A DNA stretch of 64,000 bases from Eutreptiella sp. 'Long Island Sound 2002' (lineage: Eukaryota; Protista; Euglenida), in the NCBI GenBank assembly GCA_964036045.1, contig OZ038378.1:56048001-56112000 (forward strand), given 5' to 3'. This document shows positions 13,021 to 26,108 of this stretch, piece after piece. A model generated the notes under the pieces. It was not told the DNA's origin, made no database searches, and worked only from the letters and a program-made list of their open reading frames with translations. The translations under genes were made by a program, and so were the position numbers. How positions within the stretch are numbered: position 1 is the stretch's first letter; every line of letters starts with the position of its first letter.

Positions 13021-15366
13021 GACCATTCTAGCCTAGAAATTCCAGTCTAGATGGTCTAGCCTAGAACGGTTCTTTAGATGGTCTAGCATGGAATACAAAT
13101 CGTTCTAGCCTGGATTGATGGAATAGGTAGTAGATAAAAAACAAATTATCACAGTGGGTTGTGGGGTGCATGGCAGAAACACTCATAGCAACCAACAGAC
13201 TTGACGCATGCATACACATATGTGCCCCCCCCCCCCCCCGCCTCCGCATGCACACGTTTTTACAGGAGCATATGCACAACACAACACACAACGTACGATG
13301 TCAAGGGTGTGGAGGGTGGGGTACGAGGCCGACCACGAGCACCGCACAAACACCCCCTGAGTGTCAAGCTATAGCCCCCCCCCCCCCCTTTACATGTTGT
13401 GGTCTGGGTTGTGGGGCTACTTTGCCTGTTGCGCTTAAGGTTAGGGAGGGAATCCATTATCTTTTTGTAGGTCTACTTTTGTTTTTTGAATTGCTTGACT
13501 TCAGCATTGAATGTTGAAGTGCGTACACAATGACACCAAGAGGTAGGTGTGTTAATCCTTCCCTCCTCGCCACCATGTGTGTCCGTGGTGTGGGGTTCCC
13601 GCGTGTATAGGTCCCCCCTTCCCACCATCTTTACTCCCTTGCCCCGACCCCCTACCCAGCCGGGTTGTGCACTGTGCTGTGTGGGTTGGTGGTATGCTTT
13701 GTCCCCCCTCCTCCCAGGTTATGGGACCCCCCCCCCTTTGTGTGCACTGGTAGCTTGTTGGTTGGTTGGCTCTTGGTTTTCGGGTTGCTTGGTTGGTTGT
13801 TGGGTTGGTTGGTTGGTTGTTGGACAGCTGAGTTTGGCTGGTTGGTTGGTTGGTTGGTTGGTTGGTTGGTTGCGTGGTTGGTTGGTCGTTGGCTAGTTGC
13901 TGGGGTGTATGTGTGTGTGTGTTGCCTGGACACATGCTCTGTGGTGTTGTTGCACATTGTGTCTCTGTGTAAGCATGCCTGTGCAACCATTGCAAGGGTC
14001 TTTGGGGGGGTTGTGCACATTTCATTTCGGCGTTCTAGCGTTGTTCTCGCGAGGCGTTCTGGCGACGTTCCAGCGAGCGAAGAAGCGCCGGTAGAACAGC
14101 ACTAGAAAGCCGCCAGAACGCCTAGCTAGAATGCCGCTAGAACGCCAAAATCAAATGTGCAAAACCCCACTAGAGACCCGTGCCATGGCTGCACGTGCAT
14201 GGTTACCCACAGACACACTGTGCAAGAACACCACACAGCACGTATCTAGGCAACACACACACATACACCCCACCCAACACCACATACAATGCTACAGTAC
14301 CTGTGCACACACACACATACACCCCAGCAACTAGCCAACAAACAACCAACCACGCAACCCACCAACCAACCAACCAACCAACCGACCAACCAACCAACCA
14401 AACTCAGTTGTCCAACAACCAACCAACCAACACAACAACCAACCAAGCAACCGGAAAACCAACAGCCAACCAACCAACAAGCCAGCTACCAGTGCACACA
14501 TCGGGGTGGGGGTCTCATAAACTGGGAGCAGGGGGGACAAAGTTTACCAGTGACCCACACAGCACCGCTCGTGAGGGTACAACGGTACACTCGACAACCC
14601 CACACCACAGACACACATGGCGGGGAGGAGGGAAGGAGTAACACACCTACCTCTTGGTGTCACTATGCGCGCACTTCTTAATTAAATGCTGAAGTCAACC
14701 AGTTCAAAAAACAACAGCACACCTGCAAAAAGGTAATGGATACCCTCCCTAACCTCAAGCAAAACAAGTAGAGTAGCCCCACAACCCATACCACAACATA
14801 GAAAGGGGGGGGGGGCGGATAGCTCGACACTCAGGGGACATTTGAGCGGTGGTTGTGGTCGGCCTCTTACCCAACCCTCCCCACCCTTGACATCGTATGT
14901 TGTGCGTTGTGTCTATGCCAAACTGTGCGTGTGTGTGTGGGGGGGCACATATGCATATACATGTGCCCACTGTGTTGGTTTCCTTGTGTGTGTGTGTGTG
15001 TGTGTGTCGTGGAACCTCTCCCACACACACATTGGTGTCCTTTGCTTGCCAAAATGTTTGAATGTTTTTGTTCTAGTTTCGTTCTAGGCTAGATGTTCTA
15101 GCGCCGTTCTAGGGAGCAAGGCTAGAACGTTGCTAGAACGTTGATGGAAAAGAAACTTTTTCTATTCCAATTTTAGGTCAAAACGCTCAAATTATGAAAA
15201 AACAAGCCCTAGGCCCCCAAGTACGGATAGGAGGGTCCAAGTTGGATGCCTCATATCACCCACCCTTGACCGCCACGGGTTGGGGTGACCCCCTCTTTTT
15301 TTCGTTCTAGCCTTCTAGCGCCATCTAAGCTAGAACGAAATTGGGTCTTCTAGCTTGTACCTAGGG
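13020..15366. mobile_element. Second, 5'-truncated copy of the TIR family with an approximately 800-bp-arm foldback
   Basis: 13020-13200 matches 8680-8810, and the right end ...gtcttctagcttgtacctaggg matches 11790-11837. Arms at about 13200-14035 and 14150-14960 are reverse complements. Confidence 0.75.
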
Positions 15367-15439
15367 TAGTGGTTGTGTAATGGAACCAAGCTTTCATTAA
15401 GGTCTCATTGGACAACATCTTCTTGGTCGCACTGCGCAA

Positions 15440-17450
15440 AGAGTGACAAATGGTAGTTGTAGTACCATACAAATAGATAAGAGGTATTATAGTCCAACAG
15501 AGGCAATGGATGCAAAGAGAGACCACAATAGAAAGCAACATACAAATAATACCATTTGCTATTGCAAACACCAAATAGCCTATATTCCTAGATGTTACAT
15601 CATCTATCATGTGGTAATCAACAAACGCGTCACAACGTTATTATTCACCACAACACAGCAGTTTGCACACAGAAAACTTTTTGAAAATGGCATTTTGCGC
15701 ATGGTATTTTGCAGGTTAAAGTGCCCTTTTACACTTCACATTGTGGTTGGACAATGAACCTATTGGAGCTTGCACTTTTACAATGGCTGAGAAAACAACT
15801 AATATCAAACGGTAAAACGCAATTTTCACATGAGCGCAAAAAGCTGCAGAGCCATTCAACAAGGGTCCTGAATAAGACTGGCTTAAGGGACTCGCAAGGA
15901 CTGTGGTGCTTCGGGCACTGCGAATGGGAAGAAACTCCAATGTGGGCCGTCCATATGGAGAAGGCCGACCTTTCTAGGAGGCCGACTTTTCGAAGATTGA
16001 CACGCAACTGGGTGAGAAGATTTTTGGGGGTTTGGACGTGGTTGGAGGGTGGCTGGGGGGTCTAGGAGGGCGCCCCGGGGGAGTGCATGCAGGGGAGGGG
16101 GGGTTCCGGCAGGTTCGATGAGGTGGGGGATCACGTATCTTTGACCAAATGAGTATGCGGCACACATGGTCTGACTGATGGACTGCTCCTACCCACATGG
16201 ATATGCTGCCATCGGCTTGGGGACTTCAAGCAATGGGAACCGAAAACCTCGGGTGGAAGTGTCTTCAGGTTGTCATGGGGTGGTGTGCACAACCAGGCGT
16301 TCACGATACAGTGATGGGGTGTACATCATTAGGTCGGTGGGAGTGTGAGAGTCCATCACCCGAGCTGAATGGGCCAGACAGACTGTGTGAGAGGTCCATC
16401 AACCCAACTCAAGAGGCATGAGAGGGCGATAATGAAAGAAAGAGCGCACAATGTAACCATTGCGCACGAGGAGTACAATAGTGAGGAATAAGGAAAGAAC
16501 AGAAAAGAAAAAAGCAAGAGTGGGCAAAATGGCTGCGTAGCTCGTGGAATCTTGGGGGCCCAAATTTGCGCACTAGCTGCATAACCCTTGACGTCTCCGG
16601 GGTCCCCAACGCAAGACGGGAGATGAAAATGAGAAGTGGGAGGCAGTGAAAGAACAAAATTGTTTAACGATTTTTTCCTTTTTTGAATACCCCCAAAAAG
16701 ATTCAGCCTTCCTAGTGCAAACCGATGTGGCGAAAAAAATTTTGCGCCATACTGTAAGCCTCAAAAACAGTTTTTCGGTGTCTACGGTGCAAATCACCGT
16801 GCCAAAAATCTCAACTGACACAAAGAGGGGATCGAAAAATTTTGCGGGTCTAGGGCGGGGGGGTTGGATGCCTAGATTCGCGCCGCCCACCCCCCTCGGT
16901 CCCGAACCTTGACTCACAGGGACTGGGGGATATTTGGCGCTAGCCACGGGGAGAGAACTACACCACAAGGCTATCCCTATGCCCCACACGGAGGGACTCA
17001 AACGCATCCAGTGCTAAGCATAGGGAGATGGCTCTCTGGTGCCCTTCCCGATTTCCCCGCCAGACGGGCCTAAGGTATTCGGCACCGCGTCTGAGAAAAG
17101 AGCTGCACTGCGGGCCGTCCCTATCCCCTACTCGGAGGCACTCGGGGTATGGGGCACTGGGCATGACGGGAGAACGCCGCCAAGGCATGTCCCTAGCCCT
17201 CCACTTGAGCCGTCGCTATCCCACTCTCCGAAAGATTGGGGTGCATGGGGCGATAAGCATGGGGGCACAGCTTTGCCGTATGCCATTCCTATCCCCTAGT
17301 CGCAGAGAATTGGAAACATCGAGCGCTATGCATGGGGAGGCAACTCCGCCACGTGCCCTCCCTATACCCAATCGGAGGCAATCGGGTGTATCTGGCGCTA
17401 CATATGGGAAAAGAAAACCGTCGTGGGCCAACCCATCCGCAAGTGAGAGG
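15440..17450 (+). repeat. Approximately 2-kb diverged repeat, copy 1, ending in a 72-bp minisatellite (16940-17420)
   Basis: Collinear with 20080-22130 (for example acatcatctatcatgt.gt.atcaa and ttttgaaaatggc). Confidence 0.8.
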
Positions 17451-18420
17451 AATATGGAGTTGGATAGGGTGCCGCCAAATGGGAGAGCAGGGCTAGGAGA
17501 AAGCGTTCAATGAACTAGGTGAACCTTCATTTCGCCCTGTAGCAAAAGTTTGGAGCTCTTAGTCAAAGCTCAGTGAGAGCCAAGCGAAAACTAAGTGAAC
17601 CATGAGTGAAGGTTCTCTGGATCGTTCAGCGCTTGTTCATTAGGGGCTAAGTCAAAAGGTGAAGTTACACTAGCCATAAAAAAAATCGGCACCTTGTGTC
17701 AAATGCTAATGACGTGGGTATGCAATTCACGTTGGGGATATCCAAAGTACGCCCCCCTGGCCTCGAAAACATAGGATTGTGGGCATAGAAGTGGATGAAA
17801 ACCACCACGACACCGAAGTGGATGAAAACCACCACTTTGCTGTCAATGAACCAATGGTGCAGCTCACTTAGCCCCAAAATCACAAGTACGGGTGAACTGC
17901 AAGAACATTTAGTGGTGTATTCACCCTTTGAGGGGTTGCTGACAAGCGACGGTAAAAGAAGTTGTCCGGTGCCACAAACTAGAATGTTGCAAGGACAAAC
18001 AGCAGCTGAGCAGCAATGACATTTGCCTGTGTGACTAGGGAGGCCGAGTTTTTGTTTGCGGGGCGGGTGGGTGGATAGAGCCGTCCGGCTGGAACGCCCC
18101 AAAAAAAGCTCCATTTAGGAGACCCCAAAAATCCTACCGAGACTGACCCCCGTGCCTCGGAGGTCACCCATACCCAAAAAAACAACAAAATAGAAAATGA
18201 GATTTTTGGAATCAGCGCCTCGAGGGTGTTGAGAAAACTCGCCTTTTGCCGTATACAGTGCAAATTGGAAGAATCTTAAAAGCTGGGTAAATGCGCGAAA
18301 TGCGATGTGAAAAATTAATTAATTTTCTGCGATTCTTTTGATTTCCGCGATGAAAGATTTGAATTGCCTGCCTGTAATTTTTTTGCGATATTTTTGGGCT
18401 TTGTGTTAACTTTTTAGTCT

Positions 18421-18770
18421 AATGTTTGCCATAGGTTCCAATGTCCCAATTTTTGCCCTTCTTGGCATCTGCTTGTGTATGAGGAATTTTAAATTTTCCC
18501 CCCGATGTTTGCCATAGGTCCCAATGTCCCAATTTTTGCTCTTCTTGGCCTTTGCTGGTGTACCACGAATTTCAAATTTTCCGTCTGATGTTTGCCATAG
18601 GTCCCAACGACCCAATTTTTGACCTTCTTGGCCTCTGCTAGTGTGCCACGAATTTTTCAATTGTTAATCTGATGTTTCCCATAGGTCCCAACGTCCCAAT
18701 TTTTGCCCTTCTTGGCCTCTGCTTGTTTACCAAGAATTTCAAATTTTTAGTGTGATATTTGCCATAGGTC
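18421..18770 (+). repeat. 83-bp tandem minisatellite, about 4.2 units
   Basis: Units start at 18421, 18504, 18587, 18671 and 18754 (gatgtttgccataggtcccaa...). Confidence 0.9.
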
Positions 18771-20079
18771 CCGGGTATGAGATTCACGCATCCGGGCAAC
18801 CGTTTTTGGGAACGTAGAGGCCAAAAACAACAGCGCTCGAGAATCAGAGCTTTTCTCGCGCGCAATGTGTAGAGTCATGTCCTTCTCACTCTCGCTCCAC
18901 TTCCGGTGTGTTTGCTTTTTGGTGGTAGCAAAAGTCGCACAAGCAACCTCCACAATCTTGTTCACAAACCCACGGATGAAAAATCTCCACATTGAGACTC
19001 CCTCGTGGGCGACCAAGACGGCGGGGAATGGCAGGTGCCAGTGCCTCCTCTCTAGCCAAATCCAGTGCTGCAAAAAAGGCAGTTGTAACAAGCCCACGAC
19101 AAAAATGGTGTGTTGCCACATGTTCCCCTTGGGCAGCATAGCGTTGCACAGCCGTCTTGTGTGGAATCAGAGAGAAGAAATGTTGCATGGTGAACATGGC
19201 GCAAAGGGTGCTACTGTAACGGGAGGAAAGGAAGTTGCAGGGTAACCCTGGGGTCCTATGTACCTTTACACAAGACGTATGTAACATAACCCAAAGAGTT
19301 AATGTATTTTTTGCGATTTTGTTGAATTCCGCTTGACTATGTGCTCTATTTGATAGTCCGCCTGGAATTAATTTTTTTCATAATAATTTTTTTCCGCGAA
19401 CAAGTAACTTGAGACGCAGAACTTCCTCAGAATCAATTAGCTTTAAGATTCTTGAAGTTTGCACGGTATTTGAACAACACTGACGGATTTCAATGCTCAA
19501 ATAGAAACACCAAAATGGTCGTGGTTTTCGTTTGGACGTTTCTAACGTGGCTTCGGCGTCAAATGAAACAAGAAATACATGTTACATGCCTTAGTCATTA
19601 ACACGGCAGACCGGTTACGAAGCACGCAGTCAGTGTACTGCTTAGCATGTTGAGAACGGAAATGGGCAATGATATACCTCCACTGCCGGGTGGCCCATAC
19701 ATCCAAACAAACCACCGTGAAATCTTGAGCTGGCCCAAGTCATACACCAGCATTATACAATACAGCACAGCTAACAAAGTCCTTGCTTCTGGTGAAGAAC
19801 TAGCGGAAAGGTCCTGAGTCCATGGCATCAACAAGACATTTACCGTTGAGGGCACAAAAGAGCAAGTTGAATAACGGGATATGAGCTGTCCAAAATGCAA
19901 TTTTGGAGGGGGGAAACAAGATTTGCAAACCAATGATGCAGCCAAAATGATGATGTGGATGATCTACATGAGTCTTTTGTGATGGTCCCAAAGGATCCTA
20001 GTGGTCGTGTCATGGAACGAACATTTTCTTTAGCTCTCATTGAACGAGATCTTCTTGGACGCATTGCGCAAAGGGTGAA

Positions 20080-22130
20080 AATTTGTAGTTGCACATACAT
20101 ACACACTCATAAGGGGTGTTATAGTGCAATAGAAACAATGAATGTGAAGAGAGACAATTAAAAAAAAGCAGCATACAAACAAAACCACGTGCTACCATAA
20201 ACAACAAATGGCCTACACTCTTCTATTTCACATCATCTATCATGTAGTGATCAAGAAACACTTCACAACGGTATTATTCATAACAACACATCAGTTCGTA
20301 GACCAAAAGTTTTTTGAAAATGGCGCTTTTCATGTGGTAATTTGTATGTTAAAGTCCCCATTTAGAATTCATTTGGTCAGAACATGAACCTTTTGAAGGT
20401 TACACCTTTGCAATGGCCGACAAGACAGCTAACATCAAAGTGTAAAACGCAAATTTCACATGAGCGCAAAAAAGCGCAAAAACCTTCGACTAGGGTGGTC
20501 AGCTAGAGCTGCTTACGCGACTCGGAGGGACTCAAGTGCTTCCAGCGCTCGGCATGGGGAGAAACTCCACCGTGCGTCGTCCCTAAGGAGGACGCCGACT
20601 ATGACACGCAGCCGTGTGCAAAAACTTTTGGGTGTGTGGAGCGGTTGGTGGGGGGGGTCTACGAGGGCACCCCGGTAGAGTGCCCGGGGGGGGGGGGGGG
20701 GGTCGCGTGGTTTGATGGAGGGAGGGATCCCCTACCTCCGAACATATCGGTATGCTGCACACATGGCCGGACTCACGCACTGCCCTTGTCAAGGGTCTAG
20801 GAGGGCGCCCCGGGTGAATGCACGGGGTCAACTGGGGTTCTGTTTGGTTTGAAAAGGGGAGAGGTCACGAATCTCTGAACAGTTGGGCATGCGGAACACA
20901 TAGCTTGACTCACGCACTGCCCCTACCCAAATGGATAGGGTGCCATCGGCTTGGGTATTTGCAGCACTTGGTACCGAAAACCTTGAGGGGAAGTGTCTTG
21001 AGCCGGTCATGGGGTGACATGCACAAGATGGGGTCGACGATGCACCAAGGAGTCAAGGTATCATGGGGTGAAGTGTAAATCATGCGGTTGGTGGGAGTGT
21101 GGGAGCCCATCACCAGAACTCAATGGGCTAGACGGAGCGTGCGGGAGTTCATCACCCCAACTCAAGGGGCAAGAGTGGGCAATAAGGAACCAAAGAGCGC
21201 ACTATGTAACCACCGCGCTTGAGGAGCCCAAGAGTAGGCGATAAAGAAAGAAAGAGCAAGGAAAAAACAAGAGCAGAAAAAGTCTTGGGGGCCCTAAGGT
21301 ATGTAATGGTTGCATAAAACCTGCCGCCTCGGGTGCCCAACCAACACATAATGCAGGGGATCAAAATCAGAAGTGGGAAGCAAAGGGGGGAGAAAGTTGT
21401 TTAACAAGGGTTTGCATTTTTCAATACCCCCTGAAAAATGTCACAATTTGGAGTAAACACATGTGGTGAAATAGTTTTACCCCCTTTTGTAAGCTTCAAA
21501 AAGATTGTGCGGCGTCTATGGTGCAATTCACCGTGCCGAAAGTCTCAAATTGCACAAAGACGGGTTCAAAAACTTTTGGGGTTCCGGAGGGGGGGGGGTG
21601 GATGTCTAGATTCGAGCCGGTCGCCCCTCAAAGGGACTAGGAGGTATTTGGCGCTAGCCATGGGGAGAGAGCTCCGCCACAGCCCATCCCTGTCCCCGAC
21701 ACGGAGGGGCTCAAGTGCATACGGTGCCCAGCATGAAGAGATAGCTCTGCGGTGGGCATTCCCTATCCCCTGGTCAAATGGGCTCAAGATATTGGTTGCC
21801 AGTATGGGGAGAAAACTCCACGGCGGGCCGTCCCTATCCCGAAGTCGGAGGCACTCACGGTACCAAACACTGGGCATGGGGGGAGAATTCCGCCACATGC
21901 CGCCCCTATCCCCCACACGGAGGGAATGAAGTGCATCCCGTGATGACCATGGGGAGATAGCAGTGTGGGGCGCCTTCCCTATACCCCACTCACAGGGGCT
22001 GGAGGTATCTAGTGAGGGGTATGGGGAAAGCACTCCACCGCGGGCCGCCCCTATGACCCACTCGGAGGGACTCGGGTGCATACGGCGCTGGGCATGGGGA
22101 GAGAACTCCGCCGCGGACCCTCCCTATCAC
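20080..22130 (+). repeat. Approximately 2-kb diverged repeat, copy 2, with a 72-bp minisatellite (21650-22130)
   Basis: Matches 15440-17450. The unit is catggggagagaactccgccgcgggccgtccctatccc... Confidence 0.8.
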
Positions 22131-24364
22131 CTCGCCCCGTCCTTTTTCGCTCCAAAGGCGGCCATGTGCAAAGCAGTGTGGAGGCACTTGAGTTGCCTCG
22201 TGATCGTCTTCTTCTTCTTCCCCTTCTTCTTCTTTGTCAAATGCTTCCTCCTCTTCCTCCTCCTCTCCTTCTTCCTCTTCACCCCCACTTTCTTAAGTGG
22301 CCCACAAGTGGGTTGGAGGCACGAGGGGTATACGGCGCTCGGTATGGCGGGAGAGGACCGCCGCGGGCCGTCTCTATTCCCCACCAACGAGGCACTCGGG
22401 CGTATCCGCAACGCGAGGTCCTGTCACACCCGTACCATACCCCACGGGGTGTCGCTATCCCCACATGGCCTCTCCATGGCCGGAGGGACTCGGCTACATT
22501 CTCCACCGAGGGGCTATGTTATGCCCTTACCTCCCAACACTAGGTGTCACTATCCCCGCACGGTCCTTCCATGGCTGAGGAGACTCAGGCATACCTGTCG
22601 CTGAGGGGCTATGTCATACGCCTCACCATACCCCCACGGGCGTCCCTATCCCCACACGGCCCTTCCATGACCGAGCGGACTCGTGTGTATCCGCCTTTGG
22701 GGGCGTGTGGCATACCCTCACGATGACAACACGCGGCGTCCCTATCCCCGCCCAGCCATACCATTGCGCAGGGGACTTGGGTTCATCCGCTGCTAGGCGG
22801 TGGAGCTCGTCCGTACCGACGTCCCTCAAGGAACCCCTTTCCTATGGGCCTTGCGGCCGCGGGGGATTCAAGCAACCCCGGTTTGGGGAGGTGGTTCCCC
22901 TGGGGAGCCAGCAACCGCACTCTAGGGTGGGCGTAGTGGCGGCTAACAACTACCCATAACCCGTCATGGGACTGGGTGTAAGAGGATACAATTTGCCCTA
23001 GACCCCCAAGACTCCTCGGCTATCGTAATTACTGTCCGTTGTTTGTCCCGTGTCCTCCGCTCTATTCCGTTTTGTTTTGTTTTGCAACAAGTAGCCACAA
23101 TGGCACTACCATGGATCATAACCACGGGATGACAATAACAGCCACCTTCCTCCGCCAACACGGGAGTCTTTTAACGGGACCTAGGTCAGGAGGACCATGT
23201 CCAAACAACGGAAACCTTGGTTGCCCCGACTACTGCAGTCAAGCCGTGGTATGGGGCCATCACCGAATTTATAAGTCGCATGGGATTACCCCCTTCGACG
23301 CTGCCCCGTACTGCGGCCTATCCATTCCGCCTCCGTGGGCACAACAAATAGACCCGGGGGGGGGGGGGGGTTACCATACCATTCATGCAAAGTAAGGTAT
23401 TGGTTAAGTAAAATTAGTTTTGTTCTTTGTGATGTGCTTAAATTTTACCGAGTAAGGAATGCCCCCGTTGGTGGGCGGCCACACCTTAGGGGCTCCCCCT
23501 CTGGGGGTTCAGGATTGTTACTCGGCCCGAATAACCTCCCATGATGTGGAAATCGGGGTGGAGGGTAAGGGTCAGCCTTTTGGAAATTACAATAATTCAA
23601 ATACTAACATAGAAACATACAAAGAATGGGGAAAGCAACACAAAGCTCAGAGTCCCGGGGGGGCGGTGGGGCGAGGTCCACTCATTCGTGGTCCGCTCCC
23701 CCCTTCATTCAACCACCAAATCGGCAGAGGGTAAAGGCACGTGGGGAGGGGTGCTCATCCACACATTTGTGGTCCGCTCCCCCTACCAAACAAACCACTA
23801 CAATGGACAGCCAGATAGCCACAACCTGGGGGAGCGGCACCCATCCATTCATTCGTGGACCGCTCCCTGTTGAAAGGGTCAAAAATAGTAGAGCAGAATT
23901 CATTGGCCCGGCCCCTTGCAAAGGTTCTCACAAGAGCCTGGGCAATGTCCACCAAGAAACCATCCACAGAGCACCGAAGAGGCTCCACACATGGCTCCAC
24001 GGCAAGAGCCTGGATAGGCTCCCAACGGTCCCCAACGACCACTAAGATTTTGAAACCCCATACCTGCTAATGGGGTATGGGACTGGAGCTAGGAAGGAGG
24101 GGACAGGGAAGGTAGTGGGGCGATACACATAGTCGCGGGTGAGCTTGGTGTCACGGGAGGCCGGAAGGCCCTTGCAAACCGCCATCCCCCGGAGGAGCCC
24201 ACCCTGCCTCCTCGTGGCTCCCCCACGGTGGGTGGCGGGGGGTGCGGCACGCGACCTCGCGGCAATGCCACCCCCCAGTTTGTGTGTTAGCCAAGGGCAC
24301 CCTAGCCCCCCTAGCTTCACCCCCGCACCACGGTGAGGTCACGTGCCCCTAAGCAGCTGTGGGG

Positions 24365-24580
24365 ACACACACTGCACACACACACACCACACACACACTA
24401 CACACACACACACACTGCACACACACCGCAGACACACTAAACACACACCGCACACACACCGCACACACACCGCACAATCACCGCACAACCACACACACAC
24501 ACACACACACACACAAACACTGCACACACGTTGCACGCACACTGCACACACACTGCGCACACACTGCAGCATATGCACTG
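24365..24580. repeat. (CA)n-derived microsatellite; related tract at about 25470-25610
   Basis: cacacac/cactgcacac repeats. Confidence 0.9.
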
Positions 24581-26108
24581 CAGCATAGTCATAGATCAGT
24601 TGTCATGCCCTCTACTGGTGTTAATGGCCACCGCGAAAGAGTGGGTGGTCCCACGGGGGGCAACTACAATCGGGCCGGATGCGACCCACCCCCAGCTATC
24701 TGTCAAAACTTGGGGGGGGGGGGCGGGGGGGTGCGGCGGGAGGGCGGGGGGGCAGGGGGATTGGCAGCTCAGCCGGGGGGAGGGGCTGCGCGCGACCCAC
24801 TACTACCACATGCATACCTCTAGGGTGTGTGTGTGTGTCTGAGGCCATGGGGGTATAGAGGTACGTATGCAATAGTGTTTGTCTTTGCCAGGAAGAAAGT
24901 CTTAAGGATCTTAAGGACTAAAGGCATAGTAACCCCTTCAACTAAGCATGGGACACAAAATTTGGCGCCGTTGGCGCCATGGCCCCCGCACCGCTATCTT
25001 TCAAAACTCTGGGGGGGGGGGGGGTCGCATACAAGGACCAGGCCTGGCCGCCCCCCCCCGTAGGTGGTCCCCAGCCTAACACAGTGCCATCCGAGGGCTG
25101 TCCCATGGCTCCTGAGATTGTCCACAGCTTGATGGATGACCACACAGGACCGGAAATACTGGCCGTCCAGGCTTTGGGGGCAGCGGCAACTGCGAAGCAT
25201 TAGCAGCATTGGCATTGGTGGCGAGCGCTGGCACGTAAGTCCACCGGGTGTAAGGGGGCAAGGCAGAGCATGGCAGCAGCACGGCCACAAGCAAGTGCAA
25301 GACCTAGTGGCACTGCAGCAATCAAGCACCAAATGCAGCAAACCTGTGTAATAAGACAAGAAATGGGTTCTCGGCACGCTTGATCTCCACGTCGCGCACC
25401 CCTAGCTACTCCTCAGTCATGCCTCTCTCCATTCCATGACCCCATTCCCTCCCTGCAGCCCTTGCACAGCCAACACGAAGAAGACTGATACACACTGTAG
25501 CATACACACCACTGCACACGCACTGCACACGCACTGCATACAAACTGAATACACACTGCATACACACTGCATACACATCACACTGGGTTCGCATTGCACA
25601 CACATTGCAAACCAATCTGACCGGGTTTGTGAGCCGAGATGGCAAATCTGCATCAATAGCTGGGTTCCCAGTGCGGGTACTATTGCAAACATAAGGAAAG
25701 CGAGTCCTCGCAGCGCACCTTTGCAATTCCATTTGGGGATCGGCCCGTTGGCACTGGCAGCGCTGCCCGGTTAGCCTTTCGAGGTGGGCTGATGCTCTTA
25801 CTGCGCACGTTTTCCACCCTAGGCTGTGGGAGCGGTTGGGGCTGGATGCGGACGCTGGGCGAGCTACTGCGCGACGCAGGCGAGCGCGGCACCGGGAGCT
25901 TGGGGCGCTCCGTGCCACGGTCGCTCTTGATCTGAGGGCTGCTGGTACGGTAGAGGGGGCGGCGCCCCTTGTCTTCGATGCCAGACTGAAAACACGCGGC
26001 AAGGAGAGTGGGCATTTTAGGAGCAGCCAAGGCTGCTAATGGCAAAGCAAGGCAAAGCAGAGGGAGTGCATGGTTGCCCTGCCCCAGAGCCACAGAGCAA
26101 AACATTGC

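Noticed and set aside
9750-15100. Many Cys/Trp/Val- or His/Thr/Gln-rich ORFs
   Set aside because: They are translations of TG/CA satellites and foldback arms, open in several frames, with no domain motifs.
22170-22290. Acidic E-rich minus-strand stretch resembling the piggyBac tail
   Set aside because: Low-complexity similarity only.
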